64,000 nucleotides of DNA from Luminiphilus sp. Its GTDB lineage: Bacteria > Pseudomonadota > Gammaproteobacteria > Pseudomonadales > Halieaceae. A model generated the notes under the pieces. It was not told where the DNA came from. It saw only the letters and a program-made list of their open reading frames with translations, and made no database searches. The stretch covers positions 16,696-80,695 of the forward strand of contig CBFHHL010000118.1 of the NCBI GenBank assembly GCA_965655685.1, given 5' to 3'. The translations under genes and the position numbers were made by a program. Shown here piece after piece: positions 8,381 to 18,376 of this stretch; within the stretch, counting starts at the first letter, position 1, and each line of letters opens with the position of its first letter.

Positions 8381-9322
8381 ATGAAAGTTGCTGTCACGTT
8401 CCCGATACCTGAAGCCGCGAAAGTCCTTCTTGGGGACTTGTTCGACTGTCAATTCTGGGATAGTGACGTACCGATTCCTGCTGATACGCTCGCAGCTTGG
8501 TTGTCGGATGTTGAGGGCGTGCTGACGACATTAACCTGCCCGCTTGAAAAGGTAGTGCTCTCGGGAGCGTCGCGCTTGAAGGTGATCTCGACGGTCTCAG
8601 TAGGCGTTGATCACATCGATGTTAGTTTTGCTCAGTCTCAAAATATTGCGATTGGACACACTCCTGGTGTGCTCACTGATAGCACGGCAGATTTGGCTGT
8701 CGGGCTGATGTTAGCGGTGGGTCGTCGTCTTGCCGAAGGTGACGCTTTGGTGCGCGACGGCGCCTGGAGTGACGGTTGGAAGCCGAATCTATTACTCGGT
8801 ACTGACCTCAGTAAATCTTCTGTTGGGCTCATCGGGATGGGACCCATCGGTCAGGCGGTTGCGAAGCGATTGGCCGGTTTTGGCTGTCGAGTAATTGCTT
8901 GGAATCGTTCACCTCGAGAAGTGCCCGGCGTCGAGTTCACTGATCTAAATACGCTGTTATCGAGCGCCGATATTGTCTCGCTGCACACGGCACTAACTAA
9001 CGAAACGCGAGGCTTGATAAGTCGAGATCGGCTGAGTTTGATGAGGGATCAGGCGATTTTGATTAACACGGCTCGAGGCGCCATTGTTGATGAGGCCGCG
9101 CTAGCGGAGGAGTTAGCCTCGGGTAGGTTGAGAGCCGGTCTCGATGTTTACACCGAGGAGCCTCTCTCGCTCGACAGTGTTTTTCACTCGTTGCCGGGAT
9201 GTGTGCTGTTACCGCATGTTGGCAGTGCGACCGAGCGAACTAGGCAGGCCATGTTCGAGCTGGCGCTGAGGAATTTGGTGTCTGGCCTGCGAGGTGAGGC
9301 GCTACCTGCTGCGTTGAGCTAA
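8381..9322 (+). CDS. D-isomer-specific 2-hydroxyacid dehydrogenase (glyoxylate/hydroxypyruvate reductase-like)
   Basis: 313 aa. NAD-binding GLIGMGPIGQAVAKR and catalytic-region LINTARGAIVDE...HVGSAT. It starts 2 bp after the MFS stop. Confidence 0.85.
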   Translation: MKVAVTFPIPEAAKVLLGDLFDCQFWDSDVPIPADTLAAWLSDVEGVLTTLTCPLEKVVLSGASRLKVISTVSVGVDHIDVSFAQSQNIAIGHTPGVLTDSTADLAVGLMLAVGRRLAEGDALVRDGAWSDGWKPNLLLGTDLSKSSVGLIGMGPIGQAVAKRLAGFGCRVIAWNRSPREVPGVEFTDLNTLLSSADIVSLHTALTNETRGLISRDRLSLMRDQAILINTARGAIVDEAALAEELASGRLRAGLDVYTEEPLSLDSVFHSLPGCVLLPHVGSATERTRQAMFELALRNLVSGLRGEALPAALS

Positions 9323-9460
9323 TCATTCGTCGTTGCTGCGCTCGCCGCGCATTCAATCTAGGAGCGGTAGGAGAAACAGTTATCAGACCGGCGCCAAGAC
9401 AGGCCCAAACTTTCAGATTCAAAAGTGACTGGAGCAGCCGGCTCCCGTAGCAAAAAGTGA

Positions 9461-10213
9461 CTAGAACAAGATCAGCTTAATGATCATGCCGATAATGGCC
9501 ACGGTCAGAACGCGTCTTATGAGCACTTCGCCATGGGTGAGGGTGAGTCGCGCACCGACATACCCACCAGCCACATTACCAATAGCGGCAATTGCACCTA
9601 TCGCCCAAAGTACCTCGCTGGTCGCTGCAAAAACAAAGATGGCCAGCAGGGTGTAGGTAAAAATAATAAATACCTTAAGTATGTTGGTGCTGACGAGGCT
9701 GAGGCCCATCACACGATGCATAATCGGCAGCACAACAAAGCCCATGCCGATTTGGATAAAGCCCCCCCAAAACCCAGCCACCGCCATCAGGAGGTGACCC
9801 AGAGCGAGATTCTTGGGCTGATCTTCAGCCGTTGCATTCTTCTTGCCTTGGGGCGCCTGCATGAGCACCAAAACCGCCACCATCACAAAGGCCAACAAAC
9901 CTTCAAACTGCTCGTTATTGAGTTGCGTGCTTAGCCAAGCACCAAGAAGTGCCGGAGGAATCGCGACGGCGGTGAGCGTTGCGCACAGCTTTGCATGGGG
10001 TACGCCATGTCGCAGGTAAGTCACTATAGCCGATGCGTTATGAGCCACGATGGTGATGCGATTGGTGCCATTGGCAATAGGGCCAGGCATCCCCAAAAAC
10101 ATCATTATAGGGACGGTTAAGATGGAGCCTCCCCCAGCCATCACGTTAACAACGCCAGCGCCAAAGCCTGCGACAATGAGTATCGCGATTTCCCACCAAA
10201 CAAGATCCATCAT
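9461..10213 (-). CDS. TauE/SafE family anion exporter (sulfite exporter family membrane protein)
   Basis: 250 aa with about 8 TM segments. The repeated G..AG..GGG motif (GAGVVNVMAGGGSIL) is typical of TauE/SafE. Its ATG overlaps the gor stop (ATGA). Confidence 0.75.
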   Translation of the reverse strand: MMDLVWWEIAILIVAGFGAGVVNVMAGGGSILTVPIMMFLGMPGPIANGTNRITIVAHNASAIVTYLRHGVPHAKLCATLTAVAIPPALLGAWLSTQLNNEQFEGLLAFVMVAVLVLMQAPQGKKNATAEDQPKNLALGHLLMAVAGFWGGFIQIGMGFVVLPIMHRVMGLSLVSTNILKVFIIFTYTLLAIFVFAATSEVLWAIGAIAAIGNVAGGYVGARLTLTHGEVLIRRVLTVAIIGMIIKLILF

Positions 10214-11565
10214 CTGCGCGCAGTTCTCATCGTGACGAACTCCTCGGCTGCCGTTGGGTGAATACCGACTGTGCTGTCAAAGTCCGCCTTCGTTGCTCCC
10301 GCCTTCATAGCCACCGCCATACCCTGACAGATCTCCCCTGCGTCTGGGCCAACCATGTGCAGGCCGATCACCCGATCCGATGACTTATCCACGATCATCT
10401 TCATTAAGGTTCTTTCATCACGCCCACTGAGCGTGTGCTTCATCGGCTTAAAGTCAGATAGGTAGACATCAATCTCTATTCCGCGCGCTTTTGTCTCTTC
10501 CTCAGTAAAGCCGACGGTTCCTATGTTGGGTTGGCAGAAGACTGCGGTTGGAATGAACGAATAGTCCATAACCTTTGATGTGTCCCCGAATTGGGTTTGA
10601 GCAAAGGCCATTGCTTGTCCAATAGCAACGGGCGTCAATTGCGGACCGCCTGTCATGTCACCCAGTGCAAAGATCGACGGCTCGTCGGTTTGGAAATGCT
10701 CGTCGGCACTGACGTAACCGCGGTCATCGAGTCTTACTGCGGTTTTATCCAAGCCGAGACCCGCAATATTAGGATGGCGTCCCGTAGCACACAGAACTGC
10801 ATCGACAACAATGATCGAGCCGTCGGTGAGTTGAGCCTCCAGACCTTCGCTGGTCCGTGAGAGGGAGACAATATTGCTGTTGAATCTCAAGTCGACACCG
10901 GTTTTTCTGATCTCCTCAGCGGTAAATGTCCGGATATCATTATCAAACCCGCGCATGAAGAGATCACCGCGGTACAACTGTGTGACCTGAGCACCTAAGC
11001 CGTTAAAGATGCAGGCAAACTCTGTCGCGATATAGCCGCCGCCAACAACCAGCAACCGTTGCGGGAAGGTATCAAGGTCGAAGATTTCGTTTGACGTGAT
11101 GGCGAGCTCGTTGCCTGGGAATTCGGGTTTTGTTGGCCAGGAGCCTGTCGCAAGCAAAATTTTCTTCGCGTGATACTGCGTCTCGTTGACTTCGACCGTA
11201 TGCGCATCAATCAGCTTAGCCATACCGCTAATCACTTGCGCACCTGAGCCTTCAAGGAGTCGATCGTAAATGCTGTTTAGCCGGCTGATCTCTCGTATCT
11301 TATTGTCGCGCAGCGTTGGCCAATCAAACGACGCCCCATCGACTGTCCATCCAAAGCCTTGAGCATCTTTAAATGCCTTTCCGAATTCACTGCCGTAAAC
11401 GTATAGCTTTTTTGGCACGCAGCCGACGTTGACGCAGGTACCGCCAAGATATAGCCCTTCGGCTACGATGACTTTAGCGCCAAGACCCGCTGAAATTCGC
11501 GCTGCGCGAACCCCGCCAGAGCCGGCGCCGATGACAAATAAATCGCAACTGTTATCATTACCCAT
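10210..11565 (-). CDS. gor: Glutathione-disulfide reductase
   Basis: 451 aa. FVIGAGSGGV, redox-active GGTCVNVGCVPKK, and the C-terminus VGIHPTAAEEFVTMR match the Gor signature. Confidence 0.9.
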   Translation of the reverse strand: MGNDNSCDLFVIGAGSGGVRAARISAGLGAKVIVAEGLYLGGTCVNVGCVPKKLYVYGSEFGKAFKDAQGFGWTVDGASFDWPTLRDNKIREISRLNSIYDRLLEGSGAQVISGMAKLIDAHTVEVNETQYHAKKILLATGSWPTKPEFPGNELAITSNEIFDLDTFPQRLLVVGGGYIATEFACIFNGLGAQVTQLYRGDLFMRGFDNDIRTFTAEEIRKTGVDLRFNSNIVSLSRTSEGLEAQLTDGSIIVVDAVLCATGRHPNIAGLGLDKTAVRLDDRGYVSADEHFQTDEPSIFALGDMTGGPQLTPVAIGQAMAFAQTQFGDTSKVMDYSFIPTAVFCQPNIGTVGFTEEETKARGIEIDVYLSDFKPMKHTLSGRDERTLMKMIVDKSSDRVIGLHMVGPDAGEICQGMAVAMKAGATKADFDSTVGIHPTAAEEFVTMRTARR

Positions 11566-11643
11566 GTCTTACCTGCCCGGTCTTTTTTTCGCTAGAGGGC
11601 CGGCGGATGCAACCTACCAATGCGCTCAACGAAGATCTGATGA

Positions 11644-12765
11644 ATGTCGATTATACCTTGGAACTGTGATCAATCCGCTGATCGGTCGCTATTGCTTTTG
11701 TTACTAGTGACTGCCTTGATTCTAGCTACGTGGCCTGTCAGGGCTCATGCGCTAAGTCAGTCTCGAGTGTTACTTTTTGACGGCTCTGTCATCGTCGGCG
11801 ATATCGTCAGCTACCGAAGTGATGCGGTTACTTTGAATACTAGCTTTGACCCCCGGCTTTCTGTCGATTCGAGTCTGATTAAGGATATCGAGGCGTCTGC
11901 CGAAGACTTAAGTATCGCCATCTTGTTGCTCAAGGACGGCCGCACGGTTGAAGCGGCTCCCTTTATTGTTACGGGCGGACTGCTCGCACTCTCTGATGGT
12001 GAGATCGTCAAATTATCCGATGTCGACAAGCTTAACCCAGAGCCTTGGGAAATGGGGCGAGGCTATGCATGGCAGGGCTTGGCGTCGGTTGCTCTGACGG
12101 TTGCGCGCGGCAACACGGATGCCGATCAATTGGACATTTCAGTGAATACGCAATTTGACAGCACTCGGGATCGAATCACATTAAGAGCGAAGGCCAATCG
12201 TGATACGGCCATTGTGAGTGTGCCTTCGGCCTCTGGTGACGGCTCGTTTGAACGAGTAAGTAAGCCTTCGGCGGATAACTGGCAAATTGTTGGTAAGTAC
12301 GACTTCTACCTCAAAGACTCGACCAAGCACTACCTTGGTATTAACGCTTCAGTCGAGGCTGATGAATTTACCGATATTCGGCTCAGAAGCTATGTAGGGC
12401 CTTATTACGGACGAAAATTGTTTAATGGTTCTTGGGGAGAGCTCGACGGCGAATTAGGATTCGTGCGTGTCGAAACTGATTTTTATAATGCGGAGGACAC
12501 CGAGTACTACGGCGCAAACTGGAACTTAACTGGTGAGAGTATGGTTTTGGGAGGAGAGTCTCGTTTGTACTTGACCCATGTTGGGATTCTAAATATCAGC
12601 GACGACAACAGTGTCATTCTCGACACAACGGTTGGTTTGGGCTTTCCTTTTTTCTTTGGGCTTGAAGCTGCTGCCGAATTCTCCATCGATTACGACGGTG
12701 CAGCTGCCACAGGAAAAGAGGCGGTAGACCAGTCATATAACCTCAGGGTTGGCTATAGTTGGTAG
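11644..12765 (+). CDS. DUF481-like outer-membrane protein (YdiY family) with N-terminal extension
   Basis: 373 aa with a signal-like N-terminus. W.G....G......GNT....L......F.....D.....A....D in WQGLASVALTVARGNTDADQL...TLRAKANRD and the terminal ...LRVGYSW are typical of DUF481 barrels. Confidence 0.65.
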   Translation: MSIIPWNCDQSADRSLLLLLLVTALILATWPVRAHALSQSRVLLFDGSVIVGDIVSYRSDAVTLNTSFDPRLSVDSSLIKDIEASAEDLSIAILLLKDGRTVEAAPFIVTGGLLALSDGEIVKLSDVDKLNPEPWEMGRGYAWQGLASVALTVARGNTDADQLDISVNTQFDSTRDRITLRAKANRDTAIVSVPSASGDGSFERVSKPSADNWQIVGKYDFYLKDSTKHYLGINASVEADEFTDIRLRSYVGPYYGRKLFNGSWGELDGELGFVRVETDFYNAEDTEYYGANWNLTGESMVLGGESRLYLTHVGILNISDDNSVILDTTVGLGFPFFFGLEAAAEFSIDYDGAAATGKEAVDQSYNLRVGYSW

Positions 12766-12804
12766 CCATGGCGTTGTTACGCCCTCTCCAAGAAGCCTCT
12801 CGCA

Positions 12805-14175
12805 TTGACAAACCCATTGTCTAAGACAGCGTTTTTACCACTCGGCGGTTGCGGCGAGATCGGTATGAACATGAACCTTTTCTCACACGGAGACCGTTAC
12901 TTAATGGTCGACTGCGGGATAACCTTTGAGCAGGCGCTTGCCGACTCGCAGGGCCGCCCTGCGATTCAAATGCCCGATCCCAGCTTTATTTCTAGTCAGC
13001 GTGAGTCACTCGATGGGTTGATTATTACTCACGCTCACGAGGACCATTTCGGAGCAGTCCCTTATTTGTGGCAGGAGTTGCAATGTCCGGTCTATGCAAC
13101 TCCCTTTGCGGCTGCTGTGCTGCGAAAAAAAGCTGCGTGGCGACGAGCACCACCGCCTGAGCCACTTATTGAGGTGATGCCTGGAGATACACATACCATT
13201 GGCCAATTTCGGGTTACATGGCTGCCGATCACGCATTCAACACCCGAGACCTGTGCACTCCTTCTGGAGACAGACGACTGCCGCATTCTCCATACCGCTG
13301 ACTGGAAGATCGATATGCGGCCAGTCATAGGAGCGGCTTGGTCGCCAGCTCAGTGGAAAGGTATCGGTGAGAAAGGTATCGATGCTGTGATTTGTGACTC
13401 AACGAACGCTACAAAGCCGGGCCGATCACCAAGCGAGGGTGAGGTAGGCGACGCTCTGGTTAAGTTGATCACCTCGCTAAAGGGGCGTGTGGTGGTCGCC
13501 TGCTTTGCGAGTAATGTAGCGCGCGTGCAAAGTATTTTCCGCGCGGCCTATGCGTCAAATCGTCGTGTCGGATTGTTAGGCAGGTCGCTCGATATCATGG
13601 TTCGATCAGCTAGGAATTCAGGTATTTTCGAGCCAAAAGTGCCGATAATCGAGGCAGAACATTTGGGCTACCTGCCCGAAGAGGAAGTACTGGCTGTAGC
13701 CACAGGCACTCAGGGCGAAATCGGCGCGGCACTGCACCGACTGATGATGGATACCCATCCTCATATGTCACTGGGCGAGGGTGACACAGTGATCTTTTCG
13801 TCAAAGACAATTCCGGGGAATGAGACGGCGGTGAACCGACTAATTATCGGATTGAAGGATCGAGGTGTCTGCGTCATTCATGCGGACGAAGTTGGTGCTA
13901 CCTTACACGCGTCGGGTCACCCGTGTGAGGACGAGTTGGCTGATCTTTATCAGGTGATCAAGCCGAGAGTCTGCATTCCTGTTCACGGTGAGAAACGGCA
14001 TATGGACGCGAACGCTAAAGTTGCACAGCGTTGCGGTGTGCCATTGACCCTGACGGGTCAAAACGGGGATTTATTCTACATCTCTCCTTCCCCCGGCGTC
14101 AGACGTCGATGGGCACCCGCTGGACGCCTTCAAGTAGACGAGAGGGCAAAAAAGCTGGAGAAAGTGCCTACCTAG
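12805..14175 (+). CDS. MBL-fold / beta-CASP ribonuclease J-like hydrolase
   Basis: 456 aa. ITHAHEDHFGAVPYL (HxHxDH) and the late motifs HASGH and IPVHGE are as in RNase J family proteins. The start codon is uncertain (TTG 12805). Confidence 0.75.
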   Translation: MTNPLSKTAFLPLGGCGEIGMNMNLFSHGDRYLMVDCGITFEQALADSQGRPAIQMPDPSFISSQRESLDGLIITHAHEDHFGAVPYLWQELQCPVYATPFAAAVLRKKAAWRRAPPPEPLIEVMPGDTHTIGQFRVTWLPITHSTPETCALLLETDDCRILHTADWKIDMRPVIGAAWSPAQWKGIGEKGIDAVICDSTNATKPGRSPSEGEVGDALVKLITSLKGRVVVACFASNVARVQSIFRAAYASNRRVGLLGRSLDIMVRSARNSGIFEPKVPIIEAEHLGYLPEEEVLAVATGTQGEIGAALHRLMMDTHPHMSLGEGDTVIFSSKTIPGNETAVNRLIIGLKDRGVCVIHADEVGATLHASGHPCEDELADLYQVIKPRVCIPVHGEKRHMDANAKVAQRCGVPLTLTGQNGDLFYISPSPGVRRRWAPAGRLQVDERAKKLEKVPT

Positions 14176-14306
14176 CAATCCGCTACCGTATAGGGGCCCT
14201 CCGCGAGAAAGCGCCTTCGGGTCAGAAGCGGCCCACTATCAGATAGCGCGCCAACTAAACTACGCCACCAAGCTCCGAAAGCGCTTATCTGTATCTATGC
14301 CAAATG

Positions 14307-15395
14307 CTAGTCAGCCCCTGCACTGATGCGGATGATTTTACCGGCGGCTTCATCAATGACAGCGATAGAACCGTCCGTGAGTGCTCGGACATCACGAATT
14401 CTTCCTTCGAGTTGCGGGAATGGTTCACTGACACTGCCCTCGCCCCCCGACACGTCGACAGCGACCACTTTCTTCGCTTTTAGACCGCCGACTAGCAGCT
14501 TGCCTTTGAGATCAGGCATAGCGTCACTCTTATAGAGCGCTAAGCCTGACGTAGCGATACTGGGTACCCAGTGCGTTACGGGCTGCTCCATACCCGGTGC
14601 CTCGGTAAAGGGAGAAATAATCGCACCGGAATAATCGACACCGTAGGTAATCGCCGGCCAGCCGTAGTTTTTTCCTGCGATAATTTTATTGAGCTCATCA
14701 CCGCCTTTCGGACCATGCTCAGTCATCCAGATGGTTTGGGTGGGCGCGTCAACAAGCAGTCCCTGTGGGTTTCTGTGGCCGTAACTATAGACGTAGGGTG
14801 CATCCGTAAAAGGATTATCGGCTGGCGCCTCACCCGTCTCAGTCATCCGAAGTAGCTTACCGAGTTGACTTTCTTTTTTCTGCGCATCTTCCCTCAGCGT
14901 GTAGCCCTCGCCTACCGATAAGAGAAGCGTTCCATCCGCCAAGAAAGCCATTCGCCCTCCGAAGTGACCACCGCCCTTTTTGTTGGGTGTTACCTCAAAG
15001 ATGACCTCGAGGTCGGTTAGTTCGCCATCGCCCAATCGCGCCCTCGCTACCGTCGTTCGGTTGCTTTCCTCCGAGCCCGCCGCGTAAGCCAAGAAAAGCG
15101 TGTTATTGACCTCGAAGTTGGGGTGAAGGACGACATCGAATAACCCTCCTTGCCGCTTCGCGAAGACCGCAGGGACACCGCTAATGGGTCGTGTTTCACC
15201 TGAGATCGACACACGGTGCAGACCTCCGGGTCGTTCTGTTACGAGAAAGCCTTGGCTGTTCGGGAGTTCAGCGATTGACCAGGGCGTGTCGAAACCCTCT
15301 GCGATGGTTTGAATCGTGATATCGGACTGCGCCGCATGAGAAAAAAGTGTCGCCGAGAGAATGTAAGCCGACGTCTTGAGTGAGCGAAGAAACAT
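14307..15395 (-). CDS. PQQ-dependent soluble sugar dehydrogenase (YliI/sorbosone dehydrogenase family)
   Basis: YGHRNPQGL, HGPKGGDELN and GKNYGWP motifs are present. I place the start at M18 of the ORF (MFLRSLKTSAYILSATLFSHAAQ, a signal peptide). The ORF track begins at 15446. Confidence 0.8.
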   Translation of the reverse strand: MFLRSLKTSAYILSATLFSHAAQSDITIQTIAEGFDTPWSIAELPNSQGFLVTERPGGLHRVSISGETRPISGVPAVFAKRQGGLFDVVLHPNFEVNNTLFLAYAAGSEESNRTTVARARLGDGELTDLEVIFEVTPNKKGGGHFGGRMAFLADGTLLLSVGEGYTLREDAQKKESQLGKLLRMTETGEAPADNPFTDAPYVYSYGHRNPQGLLVDAPTQTIWMTEHGPKGGDELNKIIAGKNYGWPAITYGVDYSGAIISPFTEAPGMEQPVTHWVPSIATSGLALYKSDAMPDLKGKLLVGGLKAKKVVAVDVSGGEGSVSEPFPQLEGRIRDVRALTDGSIAVIDEAAGKIIRISAGAD

Positions 15396-15472
15396 ACCGG
15401 GTAACCTGCACTGGATTGTGGCACGACTATAGCGCAACATGCCCACCCTTGTGGAGTTGAAAGGTATGGGTC

Positions 15473-15961
15473 ATGCGTTTATTCATCATTGCTATCGTTG
15501 CGGCAACTGTGGGCTACACCTTGAGTGTGCTGATTAATTCGGTGGTAAGTGCTGAGACGCTTGTTGGCTTCGGTATTGAAGTTAGCGTCGGGGATCGACT
15601 TCAAATGGTGGCTACCGAATGGACCGGACTTGCTAGCACCTACTTGCCGATTTATCTCGGGCTGCATGTGGTTGTTTTCTTACTGGTGAATCATTTTTTG
15701 CCGCTTGCAAGCGAATCTCCAGACTCCCACCCTGTGAGCAGGCGCATCATATTCGCTTCTGCAGGAGCACTGTCGCTACTTCTAGTTTACATAGGCTTCG
15801 ACATGGCCATGGGGCTCAGTGGTGTGCTGGTGGCCTCTGGGAGAACGCTCGGTGGTCTGATAGTTCAAGTTGCGACAGGTGCAGTCTCAGGGCTGATTTT
15901 CGCAGTGCTCACCGAGAGTTCTCGAAAGCCTGAAGCTTCCGAGGCCTCCATGGATGGGTGA
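15473..15961 (+). CDS. Hypothetical integral membrane protein (about 4 TM)
   Basis: 162-aa ORF with four hydrophobic stretches. No family recognised. A weak AT-rich hairpin plus T-run lies at about 15961-15981. Confidence 0.45.
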   Translation: MRLFIIAIVAATVGYTLSVLINSVVSAETLVGFGIEVSVGDRLQMVATEWTGLASTYLPIYLGLHVVVFLLVNHFLPLASESPDSHPVSRRIIFASAGALSLLLVYIGFDMAMGLSGVLVASGRTLGGLIVQVATGAVSGLIFAVLTESSRKPEASEASMDG

Positions 15962-16093
15962 GCAAAGCTTTTTTGCTTTTTAGAGACCTGCGCTTGTCAT
16001 CAGCGATCCCCAGTTATCAGTTGTCTTTGGTTGCCGGGGCTTTTTGGGGTGGTCTCTGAGTATCCTATTTCGGGGTCCATTATCATTATTTTT

Positions 16094-17068
16094 CTAACTG
16101 CATTTGAGTAAGAGTTTGCCCGCGTGACTCCCTGACCCCATGTAGGTTTGTGCTTCTAGAGCATCAGCGAGGTCGAAGGTCCTATCGATGAGGGGCTTCA
16201 TCGCGCCGGTCGCAACGAGCGGCATCATGTGTGCTTCAACTTCCTCAAAGCAGCGTGCCTTTTCTGACGGTGTCAGTCTGCGGAGAGTGCTACCAGTCAA
16301 CGTGGCGCGCTTCATGAGTAACAGTGTGAGATCAATGGTGGACTCCCCGCCGCGCATGAGACCGATACAGGCGATACGACCGTCAACTGCTAGGCATTCA
16401 AGATTGAATTGCTCAAAGTCGCCACCAACCATATCCAATACGACGTCGACCTCGCCCATCACACCTTGCTCCTGACATTGCTCTGCCAGAGATGATTCAC
16501 TGTAGTTCAGACAGATATCCGCGCCGAGACTTTTGAGAGTCGCGCATTTTTCTGGTGTTCCGGCAGTAGCGATGACTTTGCAGTTCATCGACTTTGCTAG
16601 CTGCACCGCAATGTTTCCTATACCACTGATGCCGCCGTGGACAAGTAACGTCTCTCCGGCCTTCAAGGCGGCGCGAACGATGACGTTATACCAGACGGTG
16701 AGGAATGCCTCGGGTAAACATGCGGCAGTTAAGTCATCGATGCCCTCGGGAATGCGCATGGTGCAAGCGGCTTTCGCAATTGCTTGTGTCGCATAGCCTC
16801 CGCCGTGCACTAGAGCACATACGCGGTCACCTACTGAGAAGCCACTTTGTTCACCAGCAACTCTTACGCAACCTGAAACCTCCAACCCCATGACTTTACT
16901 GGCGTCAGGGGGTGGCGGGTAAAACCCCATGCGCTGCAATACGTCTGCGCGATTGATGCCGGCATAGGCGACATCAATAACAATTTCATCCGCATCACAG
17001 TGAAGGTCATCGCCCTCCTGAACGCGCAATGTCTCTGGGTCTTCTACGTGTATAAAGTGATATGTCAT
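16094..17068 (-). CDS. NAD(P)H:quinone oxidoreductase, MDR superfamily (PIG3-like)
   Basis: 324 aa. GINRADVLQRMGFYPPPPDAS and the nucleotide-binding VHGGISGIG are typical of the PIG3/Qor subgroup. Confidence 0.8.
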   Translation of the reverse strand: MTYHFIHVEDPETLRVQEGDDLHCDADEIVIDVAYAGINRADVLQRMGFYPPPPDASKVMGLEVSGCVRVAGEQSGFSVGDRVCALVHGGGYATQAIAKAACTMRIPEGIDDLTAACLPEAFLTVWYNVIVRAALKAGETLLVHGGISGIGNIAVQLAKSMNCKVIATAGTPEKCATLKSLGADICLNYSESSLAEQCQEQGVMGEVDVVLDMVGGDFEQFNLECLAVDGRIACIGLMRGGESTIDLTLLLMKRATLTGSTLRRLTPSEKARCFEEVEAHMMPLVATGAMKPLIDRTFDLADALEAQTYMGSGSHAGKLLLKCS

Positions 17069-17170
17069 GGTGGCGCAATCGCATTCCTGAGGTTACTGTT
17101 AAACCAAACTAAAACAGTTCAGACCAGCATAGCCGTAATTGGCCGGTCATCGCAAAAGCAGGGGTATATC

Positions 17171-18376
17171 ATGGCGAAACCAATGTTACTCAGAAAGTTA
17201 AAAAACCGTCTCATCTATGTCATGGCCAAGCTCGTCGCAGGTGAACCCTCGGGGCAGTACATGGCCTTTGTGGGGAAGGCGAGTTGCGCGCGATTGTGCG
17301 AGCGCATTATTGAGCTTGGCCACACTTCAGTACTCGTGGTGACCGACAAGGCATTGCGTGAGTTGGGACTAGCTGATGAGGCTGTTGCAGGTTTAAACCG
17401 AGAGGGCATTACGCTCAGTTGGTATGACCAAGTTGATCCAGATCCTACCTATGGCCATGTTGAAGCAGGCGCCCGTGTTTTGCGTGAATCTGGCGCTACG
17501 GCCATCATTGCAGTGGGAGGCGGATCATCCATCGACTGCGCAAAGGTCATTGCACTAACAAAGCATAACAGCGGGGATATGACGACCTGGTCTGGCTTTG
17601 GTAAAGCCCCCAGTGAGGCCGCACCGCTGTTTGCCATTCCCACTACTTCTGGAACAGGTAGCGAGGCAACTATGGGCGCGGTTATTACCAACCAGTCGAC
17701 TCATAAGAAAGAAATTATCTCTGGTTCCTCGATTCACCCCGCGGCAGTGGCACTCGATGCCTGCCTCATGGTGGGACTGCCAAAGCCGATTACGGCCGCA
17801 ACAGGTATCGACGCACTTACCCACGGTATTGAGGCGTATATCTCGACGTGGGAGCGTGGCAACCGAACTGAGATGGGACGTATCTCAGTGCAGGGTGTTT
17901 TCCGCTGGCTTCGCCAGGCCTGCGAGGAACCGGGAAATATGGATGCTAGAGAGGGTATGGCGCTTGCTGCGTACAACGCAGGCGTTGCCATTAACCAAGT
18001 GAATGTGGGTAACGTCCACGCGATTGCTCACCAGTTAGGCGCGAATTTTGGCATCCCACACGGGCATGCGAACGCGCTCGTTCTTCCTCACGTGCTAACG
18101 CTTTACGGAGAGACAGCCGTTGAGCGGTTGGCTGAGCTCGCTGTGGCGACTGGCGTCTCTGATTCCGGTCACCCCGAGACCCGAGCTCGCGCCTTTATCG
18201 CAGAGGTAGAGAAGTTGATTGCTGACGTGGGTATTGCCCCTACTGATGGGCGTATCAAGCGTGAGGCGTTTGACATCATCGCAGAAGCTGCGATGGATGA
18301 GGGCGATGGCTACTTCTGCCCCAGGCAGCTCGAGAAGTCTGAAATCCTCAATCTTCTTGAGGCGATCTCAGAATAA
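17171..18376 (+). CDS. Iron-containing (group III) alcohol dehydrogenase
   Basis: GGGSSIDCAKV and the metal-site histidines in NVHAIAHQLGANFGIPHGHANA are present. I start at ATG 17171 (MAKPMLL). The ORF-track start at 17000 would overlap the divergent quinone oxidoreductase gene. Confidence 0.85.
   Translation: MAKPMLLRKLKNRLIYVMAKLVAGEPSGQYMAFVGKASCARLCERIIELGHTSVLVVTDKALRELGLADEAVAGLNREGITLSWYDQVDPDPTYGHVEAGARVLRESGATAIIAVGGGSSIDCAKVIALTKHNSGDMTTWSGFGKAPSEAAPLFAIPTTSGTGSEATMGAVITNQSTHKKEIISGSSIHPAAVALDACLMVGLPKPITAATGIDALTHGIEAYISTWERGNRTEMGRISVQGVFRWLRQACEEPGNMDAREGMALAAYNAGVAINQVNVGNVHAIAHQLGANFGIPHGHANALVLPHVLTLYGETAVERLAELAVATGVSDSGHPETRARAFIAEVEKLIADVGIAPTDGRIKREAFDIIAEAAMDEGDGYFCPRQLEKSEILNLLEAISE

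Noticed and set aside
9421-9465. GGAGC-agccg-GCTCC hairpin flanked by direct repeats CAAAAGTGACT / CAAAAAGTGACT between convergent genes, considered as a REP-like or miniature mobile element.
   Set aside because: I noticed only a single copy in the window. It has a 5-bp stem and overlaps the TauE stop codon. It is most simply a weak terminator region.
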